From contig JBPOJD010000030.1 of assembly GCA_052033955.1 (NCBI GenBank), forward strand, positions 33,679 to 97,678: 64,000 nt of DNA. Reading direction: 5' to 3'. A program made the position numbers and the translations under genes. Origin of the DNA: Candidatus Hydrogenedentota bacterium. GTDB taxonomy: Bacteria; Hydrogenedentota; Hydrogenedentia; Hydrogenedentales; SLHB01. Below the pieces are notes generated by a model. It did not search any database. It saw only the letters and a list, made by a program, of their open reading frames with translations, and was not told the DNA's origin. This document shows positions 36,030 through 46,621 of the stretch, in pieces; within the stretch, counting starts at the first letter, position 1, and every line of letters begins with the position of its first letter.

Positions 36030-36950
36030 ATGGACATGAACGAGCAGTGGACCTTCCTGGGCCGGATCGCGGCCGGCCTGTGTCTGGCAGCAATCCTTGG
36101 TGCGGCCGGGTGCATTCCCAGTGCGGAAGCACCCCAGGAACAGGCGCAGATCCAGCCGCCCGCCGAAGCGCCCGCGGCGCCGGTCAACGACGCGCCAGGC
36201 GCCAACAATCCGGATGCGCCGCCGCTGGACGAGCTTCTGGCAAAGTGGGAGACCTATGCGGCCAACCCGGCCGCGCACATGGACGATCTCCAGGTGCGTC
36301 AGCTGGTAGGTGATCTTGCATACTACCATGGTAGTGCGGGCTGGCAGCCCCTCTATGACTCGCTCGGCGCCGCCGAGACCGATCCGATGCTCAAGGTCAT
36401 GATCACCAAGTACCTGGCCTCCTTCGCGCAGCAGATAGCGCTGGATGATTCGCTGCTCGAACTGACCAAGCCGGATCGCGATGAGACTACCCGGGCCTGC
36501 GCCACGCACATCCTGGCCCAGGCGCAGGACCTCCGGCACGAGGAGCGGTTCAAGGAACTCGCGCAGGACAACAACCCCCGCGTGCGGCTTTCGGCGCTGA
36601 TCGGCCTGGCGAGCCTGGGCAATGTGCAGGCGCAGGACTCGCTGGCGAAGTACTACTGGCAGACGGATGCGTCCGTGTCCGAGCGCGAGAATGTGCTGGT
36701 CGCCCTCACCCGCGTCCCGCGCGAAGCGGACGAGCCGGTCTTCGTGGATGCGGTCAAGAATGAGGACCTGGCCATGGACGCCCGCCTGACCGCGGTCCTT
36801 GCGCTCGGGCAGATCGGCGGCGACAGCGCCGTGGCCCTCCTTGATGACCTTTCGAAGAATGAACCGGATCTCGGCATTCGCCAGACGGCGGTGATGGCCC
36901 TGAAGGCCGTGCAGGAACGCCAGGAACTGACGCCGTCCGAAGGCGAATAG
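36030..36950 (+). CDS. HEAT/PBS-lyase-repeat lipoprotein.
   Basis: The lipoprotein signal is 'LCLAAILGAAGC'. The rest is repeated 'R.RL.A...LG.LG' helical repeats. Confidence 0.6.
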   Translation: MDMNEQWTFLGRIAAGLCLAAILGAAGCIPSAEAPQEQAQIQPPAEAPAAPVNDAPGANNPDAPPLDELLAKWETYAANPAAHMDDLQVRQLVGDLAYYHGSAGWQPLYDSLGAAETDPMLKVMITKYLASFAQQIALDDSLLELTKPDRDETTRACATHILAQAQDLRHEERFKELAQDNNPRVRLSALIGLASLGNVQAQDSLAKYYWQTDASVSERENVLVALTRVPREADEPVFVDAVKNEDLAMDARLTAVLALGQIGGDSAVALLDDLSKNEPDLGIRQTAVMALKAVQERQELTPSEGE

Positions 36951-37020
36951 CCGGGCATTGTCAGCATGCGGATCGGCGCGGTATAATCGCACTATAGTGC
37001 TTGTTACCCGCATCCTTAGC

Positions 37021-37356
37021 GTGAGGTTGAAAGCGTTGTTATTCCGCAAGCGAGACAAAGATCGGAGCGCCGTCCTTGGCGGTCGGCGCGACACCGCCTC
37101 TTCCTTGGCCAATCCCGGTCTGTACCGCATCGAATTCGACATGATGCTCAAAGGTGCGACCATCAAACGCGGCAAGCGGACCATCCGACAGTATGGGGTC
37201 ACGGTCAATGGCTCGACCCGGATGGTCAACAGCGGCGACGTGGTGGACCGGGAGACCTACGACGCATTGCTTGCCGTAGGCGCGATCCGGCCGGAGTCCG
37301 CTGCGGCGTCCGGCGGTGACGTCCAATCGCCGCAGGCTGGCGAGGCGGCGGGCTGA
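37021..37356 (+). CDS. Small hypothetical protein with an uncertain start; alternatively 37141..37356.
   Basis: A sigma70-like promoter TTGTCA-N18-TATAAT lies at about 36958-36987, and the track's TTG 'start' at 36958 is the -35 box. The conserved-looking core is 'YRIEFDMMLKGATIKRGKRTIRQYGVTVNGSTRMVNSGDVV'. I recognise no family. Confidence 0.3.
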   Translation: MRLKALLFRKRDKDRSAVLGGRRDTASSLANPGLYRIEFDMMLKGATIKRGKRTIRQYGVTVNGSTRMVNSGDVVDRETYDALLAVGAIRPESAAASGGDVQSPQAGEAAG

Positions 37357-37361
37357 CCGGC

Positions 37362-38765
37362 GTGGCGGGCTCGATATCGATAGCGATGATCGTCAAGAAC
37401 GAGGCAGGGCAACTGGCCGAATGCCTCAAGAGCGCGGCGCCGCTTGCCGACGAGATCTGTATCGTCGACACCGGATCCGAGGACAACACCATCGAGGTCG
37501 CGCGCCGCTACCACGCCAAGACCAGTTTCTTCATCTGGTGCGATGACTTCAGCGCGGCCCGCAACGAGTCGCTGCGGGCATGCACCTGCGACTGGGTGTT
37601 AATCCTTGATGCCGACGAACGTCTGGCGCCGCAGGACGTCGACCGGATTCGCGTCTTGGCGCGCACAGGCGCGAACTGTGCGTACCGGTTCACGACGCGC
37701 AACTACACCAGTTCGACCAGCGTCAGCAGTTTTCAGCGCTGCGAGCCAGGCGATCCGTACGCGCGCGGCTTCGCGGGATGGTACCCGAGCGTCAAGGTGC
37801 GCCTGTTTGCCAACCATCGCGGCATCGAGTTCACGGGCCGCGTGCACGAGAACGTGGTGGCGGCGCTCGAGCGCGAGGGGATCCCGATTGAAGAAACCGA
37901 TATCCCGATCCACCACTACCCCTTCACGAAGAGCCCCGAGCACATCCTGAACAAGCAGGCCCTGTATCTGAAACTGGGCCACGACAAGGTGCAGGACCAG
38001 CCCTCCGATCCGAAGGCGTACACGGAACTCGGCGATCAGTATGCCGAGGCCCGCGACTACGCCAACGCCGCCGGGGCCTATCGCGAGGCCCTGCGCCTGG
38101 ATCCGAGCAATGCGCAGACCCTGAAGAATCTCGGGAGCATGCTCCATCTGCTCAAGCGCGGCGACGAGGCCAAGCGCGCCCTCGAACTGGCGTTGGCCCT
38201 GAATCCGGAGCTGACCGACGCCTGGCGCAATCTGGGCGTGGTGTACGCCGACCAGAAAGAATGGGTCGCTGCCGAGGAGTGCTTTCGCCATGCCCTGGCG
38301 ATCAATCCCGGCTGGGTCGAGGGCCTGCGCTATCTGAGTCTGACGCTTGAACGGAGCGGCCGCTTCGCCGAGGCCGCCGTGCATGCCGCCCAGGCCCTCG
38401 AGCAGGAGCGGTCGGTCGAGGCGCTCAAACTGTACATCCATCAGATGCTGCGGCTCGAGCAACGCGACGAAGCGCGCCAGGTGCTGAAACGGCTGATTGA
38501 CCAGGGCGTGCGCGATCCGGAGTTCCTCAACGCCGTTGGCGAACTCTATTACTACGATGAGCTGTTTGACGACGCCATCACGTATTTCGCGGCGGCGGGC
38601 GAAGCGGGCATAAGCGGTGCCTACAACAACATGGGCGTCGTGTACTATCGCCAGAAGAAATACGACGATGCCGTGGATGCCTTCGAGCGTTGCCTGGCCC
38701 TCGATCCTTCGCACCGCGGCGCGCGCACCAACATCGAGAAGATCATCGCCAGCCGCGGCCAGTAG
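37362..38765 (+). CDS. Family 2 glycosyltransferase domain fused to TPR repeats.
   Basis: The N-terminal GT2 signature is 'IVKNEAGQLAECL...ICIVDTGSEDNT...DADE'. The C-terminal ~230 aa are TPR repeats. Confidence 0.8.
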   Translation: MAGSISIAMIVKNEAGQLAECLKSAAPLADEICIVDTGSEDNTIEVARRYHAKTSFFIWCDDFSAARNESLRACTCDWVLILDADERLAPQDVDRIRVLARTGANCAYRFTTRNYTSSTSVSSFQRCEPGDPYARGFAGWYPSVKVRLFANHRGIEFTGRVHENVVAALEREGIPIEETDIPIHHYPFTKSPEHILNKQALYLKLGHDKVQDQPSDPKAYTELGDQYAEARDYANAAGAYREALRLDPSNAQTLKNLGSMLHLLKRGDEAKRALELALALNPELTDAWRNLGVVYADQKEWVAAEECFRHALAINPGWVEGLRYLSLTLERSGRFAEAAVHAAQALEQERSVEALKLYIHQMLRLEQRDEARQVLKRLIDQGVRDPEFLNAVGELYYYDELFDDAITYFAAAGEAGISGAYNNMGVVYYRQKKYDDAVDAFERCLALDPSHRGARTNIEKIIASRGQ

Positions 38766-38798
38766 CGGCGCGGGCCTCTCCCCTTTTCTGCCGTGACC

Positions 38799-38826
38799 TA
38801 AAGATCTGCCATCGCCGTGCCGATAC
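38799..38826 (+). promoter_or_regulatory. Sigma28 (FliA)-type promoter CTAAAG-N15/16-GCCGATAC upstream of the flagellin gene.
   Basis: It matches the class III flagellar consensus TAAA-N15-GCCGATAA and lies about 85-110 bp upstream of the flagellin ATG. GGAGGAGG lies 8 bp before the ATG. Confidence 0.6.
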
Positions 38827-38908
38827 AACCAGCGAAGCCGACGGCGCCACGCTGCGGCTGACCGATGCAAGGATGCAAAGGTAACCCGGATCACGGAGGA
38901 GGCATATC

Positions 38909-39727
38909 ATGGGTCTTCGTATCAACACCAATGTAGCGGCGCTCAACGCCGGCCGCACCCTGCGGCAATCCACCCACGACCTGAACCGGAGCCTGGAACG
39001 TCTCTCCAGCGGGTTGCGCATCAACCGCGCCGCGGATGACGCCGCCGGACTCGCCATCGCCGAGGGTTTCCGATCCGTCGTCATCGGCGCGCGCGTTGCC
39101 CAGCGCAATGCCCAGGACGGCATCAGCATGGTGCAGACGGCCGAGGGCGCGCTCAGTGAGACCACCAACGCGCTGCAGCGCATCCGCGAGCTGGCCGTGC
39201 AGGCCGCCAACGGCACCCAGAGCGACAGCAACCGGCTTGCCCTGGACGACGAAGTGCAGCAGTTGCTCGCGCAGATCGACGACATCGCTCTGCAGACGGA
39301 GTTCAACGGGTTGTCCGTGCTCAGTTCCTCGCAGACGGTGACCCTTCAGGCCGGGCCGCACGCGGGCCAGACCTTGGCCATCTCGGTAAACGGCGCCAAG
39401 ACCAACGACCTGGGCGTCAACACCGTCACCATCTCGTCCATCGCATCCGCCTCGTCGGCGCTCAAGACCATCGACGACGCGCTCACCAGTGTGACGCGCC
39501 TGCGCAGCGCCTTCGGCGCCTTCCAGAACCGCCTCGAGTTCACCATCAGCACCCTGGCGATTCAGGAACAGAATTCGGCAGCGTCGGAAAGTGCCATCCG
39601 CGATGCCGACATTGCCCGCGAGACCATCCAGTTCACGCGCAACCAGATCCTGGTCAACGCCGGCACCTCGGTGCTGGCCCAGGCCAACGTGGTGCCGCAG
39701 TCGGCGTTGCAGCTCCTCGGCGGATAA
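38909..39727 (+). CDS. fliC: Flagellin.
   Basis: The conserved N-terminus is 'MGLRINTNVAALNAGRTL...LSSGLRINRAADDAAG' and the C-terminus is 'QILVNAGTSVLAQANVVPQSALQLL'. The protein is short, at 272 aa. Confidence 0.9.
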   Translation: MGLRINTNVAALNAGRTLRQSTHDLNRSLERLSSGLRINRAADDAAGLAIAEGFRSVVIGARVAQRNAQDGISMVQTAEGALSETTNALQRIRELAVQAANGTQSDSNRLALDDEVQQLLAQIDDIALQTEFNGLSVLSSSQTVTLQAGPHAGQTLAISVNGAKTNDLGVNTVTISSIASASSALKTIDDALTSVTRLRSAFGAFQNRLEFTISTLAIQEQNSAASESAIRDADIARETIQFTRNQILVNAGTSVLAQANVVPQSALQLLGG

Positions 39728-39885
39728 CGCCGGTCTTGATCCTCGCTCGACAGTGGAATCGCCGCTGCCGGCGCGCCAGCCACTCACGGTCAAACGCGCA
39801 CAATGGGAAGACCGGGGCCGTGGCCCCCGCCGCCGCTCCGCCGGGATACAGTCCGGTTACGTTCGCCGGCAGCGCAGACAGTTAC

Positions 39886-39921
39886 CAGGCGCCTGCCCGT
39901 CCATGATGGGCAGGCGCCTGG
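39886..39921 (+). terminator. Hairpin with a perfect 14-bp stem (CCAGGCGCCTGCCC...GGGCAGGCGCCTGG) downstream of the flagellin gene.
   Basis: The hairpin sits about 160 bp after the flagellin stop and is followed by TGCTTGGTGTG. Confidence 0.5.
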
Positions 39922-40010
39922 TGCTTGGTGTGCGACGAATGAAACCCGCCCGCCGCGTGTTCAAAAGAGACGGCTGCATTTGGGCCGTTGGCCCGCTGTG
40001 AGGCGCTGCA

Positions 40011-40607
40011 ATGAACACAGGGCATTTGACGATCGCGGTTGCCGCGCTGGCTGTCGCGGCCGTTGCCGTGGCGGCGGTGGGGGTTCGCGCCGCTGCGGGG
40101 CGTTCGACCGGTGGAGAGGATCAACCCATGGCACAGGCGACGTTTGCGGCGGGCTGTTTCTGGGGCGTCGAGGACGCGTTCCGGCACGTCAACGGGGTGA
40201 AGGAGGCCACGTCGGGCTATACGGGCGGCCACACGGCCAACCCGACCTACCGGGAGGTCTGTTCGGACACGACCGGGCACGCCGAGGCCGTGCTGGTCGA
40301 GTACGATCCGCAAGTGGTGTCCTACGGGAAGCTTCTGGAGATGTTCTGGGGCATCCACGACCCGACGACACTGAATCGGCAGGGACCTGATGTCGGTTCC
40401 CAGTACCGGTCAGCCGTCTTCTACCACGACCCCGGCCAGAAGGCCGCGGCCGAGGCGTACCGGGCGAAGATCGAGGCGGAGGGGGCCTTCGGACGGCCAA
40501 TCGTGACCGAGATCGTCGCGGCATCCACCTTCTATCCGGCCGAGGAGTACCATCAGCGGTACTACGAAAAGCACGGGATGAAAGGCTGCCACGTTCCGGG
40601 CGGGTAG
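40011..40607 (+). CDS. msrA: Peptide methionine sulfoxide reductase MsrA, with an N-terminal membrane anchor or signal.
   Basis: The active site is 'GCFWG', and '[10 protein letters not shown]' is present. The N-terminus is hydrophobic. Confidence 0.9.
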   Translation: MNTGHLTIAVAALAVAAVAVAAVGVRAAAGRSTGGEDQPMAQATFAAGCFWGVEDAFRHVNGVKEATSGYTGGHTANPTYREVCSDTTGHAEAVLVEYDPQVVSYGKLLEMFWGIHDPTTLNRQGPDVGSQYRSAVFYHDPGQKAAAEAYRAKIEAEGAFGRPIVTEIVAASTFYPAEEYHQRYYEKHGMKGCHVPGG

Positions 40608-40611
40608 AGGA

Positions 40612-40788
40612 TTACTCGCCGTTCTTCTTTGTCGGCTCCTCGGACTTGGACTCGTCCTTGGGCTTGACGCTGCTCTTGAACTCGTTGATGGCGGATCCGA
40701 GCGAGCGCCCCACTTCAGGGAGTTTGCCCGCGCCGAAGAGAATTAGCACGACGAGCAAGATGAACACCCACTCGACCGGTCCGGGCAT
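40612..40788 (-). CDS. tatA: Twin-arginine translocase subunit TatA/E.
   Basis: A TM helix is followed by an amphipathic helix ('WVFILLVVLILFGAGKLPEVGRSLGSAINEFK'). The start is taken at MPGP...; the track ORF starts further upstream. Confidence 0.75.
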   Translation of the reverse strand: MPGPVEWVFILLVVLILFGAGKLPEVGRSLGSAINEFKSSVKPKDESKSEEPTKKNGE

Positions 40789-40944
40789 GTACATGGTCGT
40801 AAGGCTCCTTATGCCCTGTTCGGGCACCGTTTTCCGCTACCCAGTATACTGCGCCGCCGGGTCCTGCCGCAATCCGGCAAGAAGTTGAACGCCGCGAAGC
40901 GGTGTGCCTCGCGGCGTTCCCGGGGGGTGGGGGGCAAGGGACTG

Positions 40945-41763
40945 CTATGGCGCCAGATCCGCTTGGGCAGGGGGCGGCGGCATCTGCTGCATGGGCTCGC
41001 CCTGAACCTCTTGTGCGCCCGGGGGCGGACCCATGGGCTGACCGGGGCCGCCCTGCATGCCTGGTCTGCCCGGACGCGGCCCCATCGGCTGGCCGGGGCC
41101 ACCCTGCATACCTTGTCCACCGGGACGCGGCCCCATCGGCTGATCGGCTCCGCCCTGCATCCTCGGACGCTGGAGACCTGGCCGGTCGCCCTGGGGGCCC
41201 ATCGGCGGCTGCTGGTCCGGGCCGTCCTGCTGGCGGCCGCGCATGCCTTGCCTGCGGGCCTGCTGGGCCATCTGGCGCATCTGGCCTTCGAAATCTTCCA
41301 GGAACACATACAGCCGGGCCTGCTGCGTCGCGGTGAGACCTTGGGACAGCTCGTCAAAGGTCCGCTGGCGGGTCTCAATCATCTGGCGGTCGTGCTGGCG
41401 GATCTTCGCGAGATTCTCCTGGATTACGGCGGCGTCCTTGCCGGCCTGAACGCTGTCACGCAGTGTTTCAAGCAGCGTCTGCCGCTCGGCCCGCAGGGTC
41501 TGCATGGCGTCGCGCGTTTCGGTCACGCGCTGCACCATCGCAACGGTCTGGTCCTTTTCCAGCGCGAGTTCCCGCGCCAACCGCACCATCAGCAGCGTTT
41601 CGACCAGTTCCCGGGTGTCCTTTCCTTCCAGCGGCGCGTCGGGATCGGCGCCCAGCGCGTCCAGTGGTCCGGGCGGCGGCCCGGGCGGCGGCGGCTGCGC
41701 CACGGCCCCGGTTGCCGTGAGGGCCAGGAGCACTATCGTGAGCGTACAGGCGATGATCTTCAT
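40945..41763 (-). CDS. Periplasmic LTXXQ-motif (CpxP/Spy/ZraP-like) protein with a C-terminal Pro/Gly/Gln/Met-rich repeat tail.
   Basis: It has a signal peptide, and the LTXXQ motif is 'QGLTATQQARL'. The C-terminus carries about three ~17-aa repeats 'MQGGPGQPMGPRPGRPG'. Confidence 0.65.
   Translation of the reverse strand: MKIIACTLTIVLLALTATGAVAQPPPPGPPPGPLDALGADPDAPLEGKDTRELVETLLMVRLARELALEKDQTVAMVQRVTETRDAMQTLRAERQTLLETLRDSVQAGKDAAVIQENLAKIRQHDRQMIETRQRTFDELSQGLTATQQARLYVFLEDFEGQMRQMAQQARRQGMRGRQQDGPDQQPPMGPQGDRPGLQRPRMQGGADQPMGPRPGGQGMQGGPGQPMGPRPGRPGMQGGPGQPMGPPPGAQEVQGEPMQQMPPPPAQADLAP
41010..41210 (-). repeat. Roughly 51-bp in-frame tandem repeats encoding the Met/Pro/Gly/Gln-rich tail of the LTXXQ protein.
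   Basis: The repeated DNA block 'CCATCGGCTGGCCGGGGCCACCCTGCAT...' is visible on the plus strand. Coordinates are approximate. Confidence 0.6.
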
Positions 41764-41767
41764 GGTA

Positions 41768-42379
41768 CTATCCCTTTCCTAGCGTGGAGACAACGAGACT
41801 GTTGAACACTTCGACCTCGGCCGTATCCAGAGAACGGAGGAGGTCCGCCGATTCCGCGGTGGCGTAGACCTCTTCCACGAGCTCGTCAAACCAATCCTCC
41901 TCCGCCAGCATGGCGAGGAGGTCATCCCCGGAGAGCGCGCCGTCAGCGTCGTACGCCGCGAGCGCGGTCTCGATGTCGCCGGTCTCGGCCCGGCTCGCCA
42001 GCTCATTCCAGAGCCGCTCTTCGATTTCCGCCAGCGACACGGCGGGTGGCGCCGTCGTTGCGGGAGGACGCAGGGTGTTGGTGACAACGGCCGCGACAAT
42101 CAGTGCCGCGACCGCCGCGCCGCTCCAGGCTATCGCAACCGGCGCATGCCAGCCGCGCGGCGGCGCTGCTTCCCGGACGTTGGCCATGATGCGTGTCGTG
42201 AACGCGGGCGCCACGTCGGGCGCGGGCAGCTTGTGCAGCGTGAGCGCCATCGCGCGCAGTTCGAGATAGTGCCGCTGGCAGACGGCGCAGCGCCGCAGAT
42301 GCGCGGCGACCGCCTCCGGGTCCTCGGCCTCGCCATCGAGAAAGGCCGAGAGCTGATCGATAACGTGTTCAGTGCTCAT
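41768..42379 (-). CDS. Anti-sigma factor with an N-terminal zf-HC2 motif and a single TM segment.
   Basis: The zinc motif is 'HLRRCAVCQRHY', and the TM segment is 'VAIAWSGAAVAALIVAAVV'. It overlaps the ECF sigma gene by 11 bp. Confidence 0.75.
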   Translation of the reverse strand: MSTEHVIDQLSAFLDGEAEDPEAVAAHLRRCAVCQRHYLELRAMALTLHKLPAPDVAPAFTTRIMANVREAAPPRGWHAPVAIAWSGAAVAALIVAAVVTNTLRPPATTAPPAVSLAEIEERLWNELASRAETGDIETALAAYDADGALSGDDLLAMLAEEDWFDELVEEVYATAESADLLRSLDTAEVEVFNSLVVSTLGKG

Positions 42380-42956
42380 GGAGCAGTTCTCCCAGATGCG
42401 GCGCCAGTTCCGCGCGCAACTGTTCGCGGGCGCGGGACAACCGGCTCTTCACCGTTCCCCGGCGGCACCCAAGCACCGCCGCGATCGCGTCGTAGTCCAG
42501 ACCCTGAATGTCCCGGAGCACCACAATCTCGCGGTATTCGGGGCGTAGCCGTTGCAGCGCCTGCTGCACCAGTTCGTCGGCCTCGCGAAGCTGCGCCACC
42601 TGGTCGGGCTGCGGGTGACGATCCGCCACGGACCGCCCCGCGCCCTCCTCCTCGACGAGGGGCTGTTGCGTGTCGCGTCCCCGCCGGCCGCTGTCGCGCA
42701 GATGGTTCAGCGTCAGGTTCCGGGCGGTGGCGAACAGATAGGTGGAAAACAGCGCCTTGGGCCGGAGCCGGCCGAGTTGACCGTAAACGCGGATGAAACT
42801 TTCCTGGGCGAGATCCTCGGCGTCCTGGCGGGACCCGGCCATGCGCCAGCAAAAATGCACCACATGCTGTTGATGACGGCGGACCAATTCCGCGAAGGCC
42901 TCGGTGTGGCCCTTTCGCGCCTCGTCCACCAACTCCCAGTCTGTGCGTGCCTGCAT
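42369..42956 (-). CDS. ECF (sigma-70 family group IV) sigma factor.
   Basis: Region 2 reads 'DAEDLAQESFIRVY', and region 4 is 'YREIVVLRDIQGLDYDAIAAVLGCRRGTVKSRLSRAREQL'. Confidence 0.9.
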   Translation of the reverse strand: MQARTDWELVDEARKGHTEAFAELVRRHQQHVVHFCWRMAGSRQDAEDLAQESFIRVYGQLGRLRPKALFSTYLFATARNLTLNHLRDSGRRGRDTQQPLVEEEGAGRSVADRHPQPDQVAQLREADELVQQALQRLRPEYREIVVLRDIQGLDYDAIAAVLGCRRGTVKSRLSRAREQLRAELAPHLGELLHEH

Positions 42957-43163
42957 GTGCTCGCCTCACGTCTGCCTGTTGAACACCAGGTTCACGGAAA
43001 GGTTCCCGCGTCTGCCCGAATGGGGAGGAGTCCGATCTCCTATCCTACCACTGAGCAGGGGAACGCCGGTGTTGAGTGACACGCCGAGGGAATGGCAGAG
43101 GGGCTGCAAGGGGCTGAAGCCCCTTGTCTGGGGGACACTCCAAGTGCATGACCGGACAACAGT

Positions 43164-44558
<1,395 letters not shown>

Positions 44559-44624
44559 GGTGTCCTTCCTGTTGGCCGTGTGCGTTTCCCGTGTGACGGC
44601 GCCCGGCGCACACTTCTTTCGACG

Positions 44625-45566
44625 TCAGTCCTTCGATCCGAAGAGCGCGTCCACAAACTGGTTGGGATCGAAGGGCTGGAGGTCATCCACCCCCTCGCCC
44701 ACGCCGACAAACTTGATCGGCAGCCCCAGCTGTTTCTGAATGGCTACCGCGATGCCGCCCTTGGCCGTGCCGTCGAGTTTGGTCAGCACGATCCCGGTCA
44801 CCTGCAGCGCCTCGGCGAAGAGCCGGGCCTGCTGCAGGCCATTCTGGCCCGTGGTGGCGTCGAGTACGAGCAGGACCTCATGCGGGGCGTCGGGCACGCG
44901 TTTCTTGATGACGCGCTGCACCTTGCGCAGCTCCTCCATGAGGTTGGACTTCGTGTGGAGGCGTCCGGCGGTGTCGATCAGCACGCAGTCCGCGCCGCGC
45001 GAGATGGCCGCATCGACGGCGTCGTAGGCCACGGCGGCGGGGTCGGCCCCGTGCTGATGCTTGATCATTCCCGCGCCCGTGCGATCAGCCCAGACGCTCA
45101 GTTGTTCGATGGCGGCCGCGCGAAACGTGTCCGCCGCGCCGAGGACGACCGACTTGCCCTCACTGCGCAGATGCGCGGCGAGCTTGCCGACGGTGGTGGT
45201 CTTGCCGGTGCCGTTGACCCCGGCCACAAGCGTCACATGGGGGCCATCCGGCGCGGTCCAGATCATCCGGTGGCGATCGCCCGGGTCAAGCGCCTGGCGC
45301 AGCTCTTCCTTCAGGACGTCGATCATGGCCTCGGGCGATTCGATCCGGCGTTCGCGGGCCACGCGGCGCATGTCCGCCACGATTTCCATGGCCGTCTCGA
45401 CGCCCAGGTCGGCCCCGATGAGGATTTCCTCGAGTTCGTCGAAGACCTCGTCGTCAAGGCGGGTGCGGCCCGCGAACACGCGGCGCACATTCTCGACCAG
45501 CCCCGAGCGGGTCTTGCTCAGGCGCTCGCGCAGACGGCCGAAAAAGCCGGTTTTCTGCTCTGCCAT
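44625..45566 (-). CDS. ftsY: Signal recognition particle receptor FtsY, short form with NG domain only.
   Basis: The N domain is followed by a G domain with 'GVNGTGKTTT', 'DTAGR' and 'TKLDG'. Confidence 0.93.
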   Translation of the reverse strand: MAEQKTGFFGRLRERLSKTRSGLVENVRRVFAGRTRLDDEVFDELEEILIGADLGVETAMEIVADMRRVARERRIESPEAMIDVLKEELRQALDPGDRHRMIWTAPDGPHVTLVAGVNGTGKTTTVGKLAAHLRSEGKSVVLGAADTFRAAAIEQLSVWADRTGAGMIKHQHGADPAAVAYDAVDAAISRGADCVLIDTAGRLHTKSNLMEELRKVQRVIKKRVPDAPHEVLLVLDATTGQNGLQQARLFAEALQVTGIVLTKLDGTAKGGIAVAIQKQLGLPIKFVGVGEGVDDLQPFDPNQFVDALFGSKD

Positions 45567-45646
45567 GGTTCCTCCTCACGTGAAAGAAAGGCGAAATGGT
45601 AGCATGCGGCAGCGACGGGAACCAACCGCGCACGCGGATGCGGCGG

Positions 45647-46405
45647 TCAGCGGGGAAGCGGGTAGGCGACGATGGTGTACTGCTCGCCGCCGGCATCCAG
45701 CAGTCCGCCCAGGCATGTGAAGGCGCCGCCCTGGCGCTGCGCCACGCCGACCGCATCAAAAAAATCGTCGCCGGTGCGGACACCGACCGAGTTGGGCGCA
45801 CGCAGGCGGTCATTGATATCGATCTGCGCAAAGCCGCGCACCTCGGCGCCGTTGTTCAACTGCGCCACGAAATACAGGACGTTGGCGTCGCGTCTGGCAG
45901 CGGCGAGGCCCAGCGCCCGCGGCAGCAGCGCCTGGCTTCCCTCGGGCACAAGCACATAGAGGCCATCCAGCGGTCCGTTCGGAGACAGGGCCGCCTGGGC
46001 CGCCTCGACATCAGCCGGTCCCGCCCGGCGTCCGCCGATCTGGGAGACCAGCTGCTGGTAGAGTTCGCTCTCGGGGCCGCGCCAATAGGCCGCGGCAGCG
46101 GGAGGACGACCGAGTTCGACCAGCCAGCCGGCAATCGTGTTGACGTTCAGCGCCACCCAGACCACCACGAGGATCCCCGCAAGCGCCAAGCCCCGCGTAA
46201 GCCACACGCCCCGCTCCTCGGGCATATCGAGTTCGGCCACGCCGCCCGCGGCCACACGGTTGCGGCGCTGATCGCGCAAGTTGTTGCCGCAGGTCTTGCA
46301 GAGAAAGGTGTCTTCTGGATTCACCGTGCCACAGCGTTCGCACACCGCGTCGGCGTCGACATGGGAATGAACGACACCGCTGTCGTTCGGGCCGTTGTCT
46401 ATCAC
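45647..46405 (-). CDS. Hypothetical protein with an N-terminal zinc ribbon, one TM helix and an extracytoplasmic domain.
   Basis: The ribbon is 'CERCGTVNPEDTFLCKTCG' and the TM helix is 'LALAGILVVVWVALNV'. It lies 80 bp upstream of ftsY on the same strand. Confidence 0.5.
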   Translation of the reverse strand: MIDNGPNDSGVVHSHVDADAVCERCGTVNPEDTFLCKTCGNNLRDQRRNRVAAGGVAELDMPEERGVWLTRGLALAGILVVVWVALNVNTIAGWLVELGRPPAAAAYWRGPESELYQQLVSQIGGRRAGPADVEAAQAALSPNGPLDGLYVLVPEGSQALLPRALGLAAARRDANVLYFVAQLNNGAEVRGFAQIDINDRLRAPNSVGVRTGDDFFDAVGVAQRQGGAFTCLGGLLDAGGEQYTIVAYPLPR

Positions 46406-46621
46406 CCCGCTACTCCTCGTCTTGTGGGCAGAAGAAAGGCCTGGTGCCCGTCTGCATCCTAGATGCTACTCCGTTGGGCGCTGGAGTGCAAGCCCAAGCC
46501 GGGCGCGCGTTCCCCTGCCGGGCGGGGTTTTCCCGCTATCATCTTGTTGTGCGGACGCGGAGAAGGGTGTATCGTAAAAAGAAAGGCCGTGCAACGCATT
46601 CTGTACGAGGGAGACGCCACC

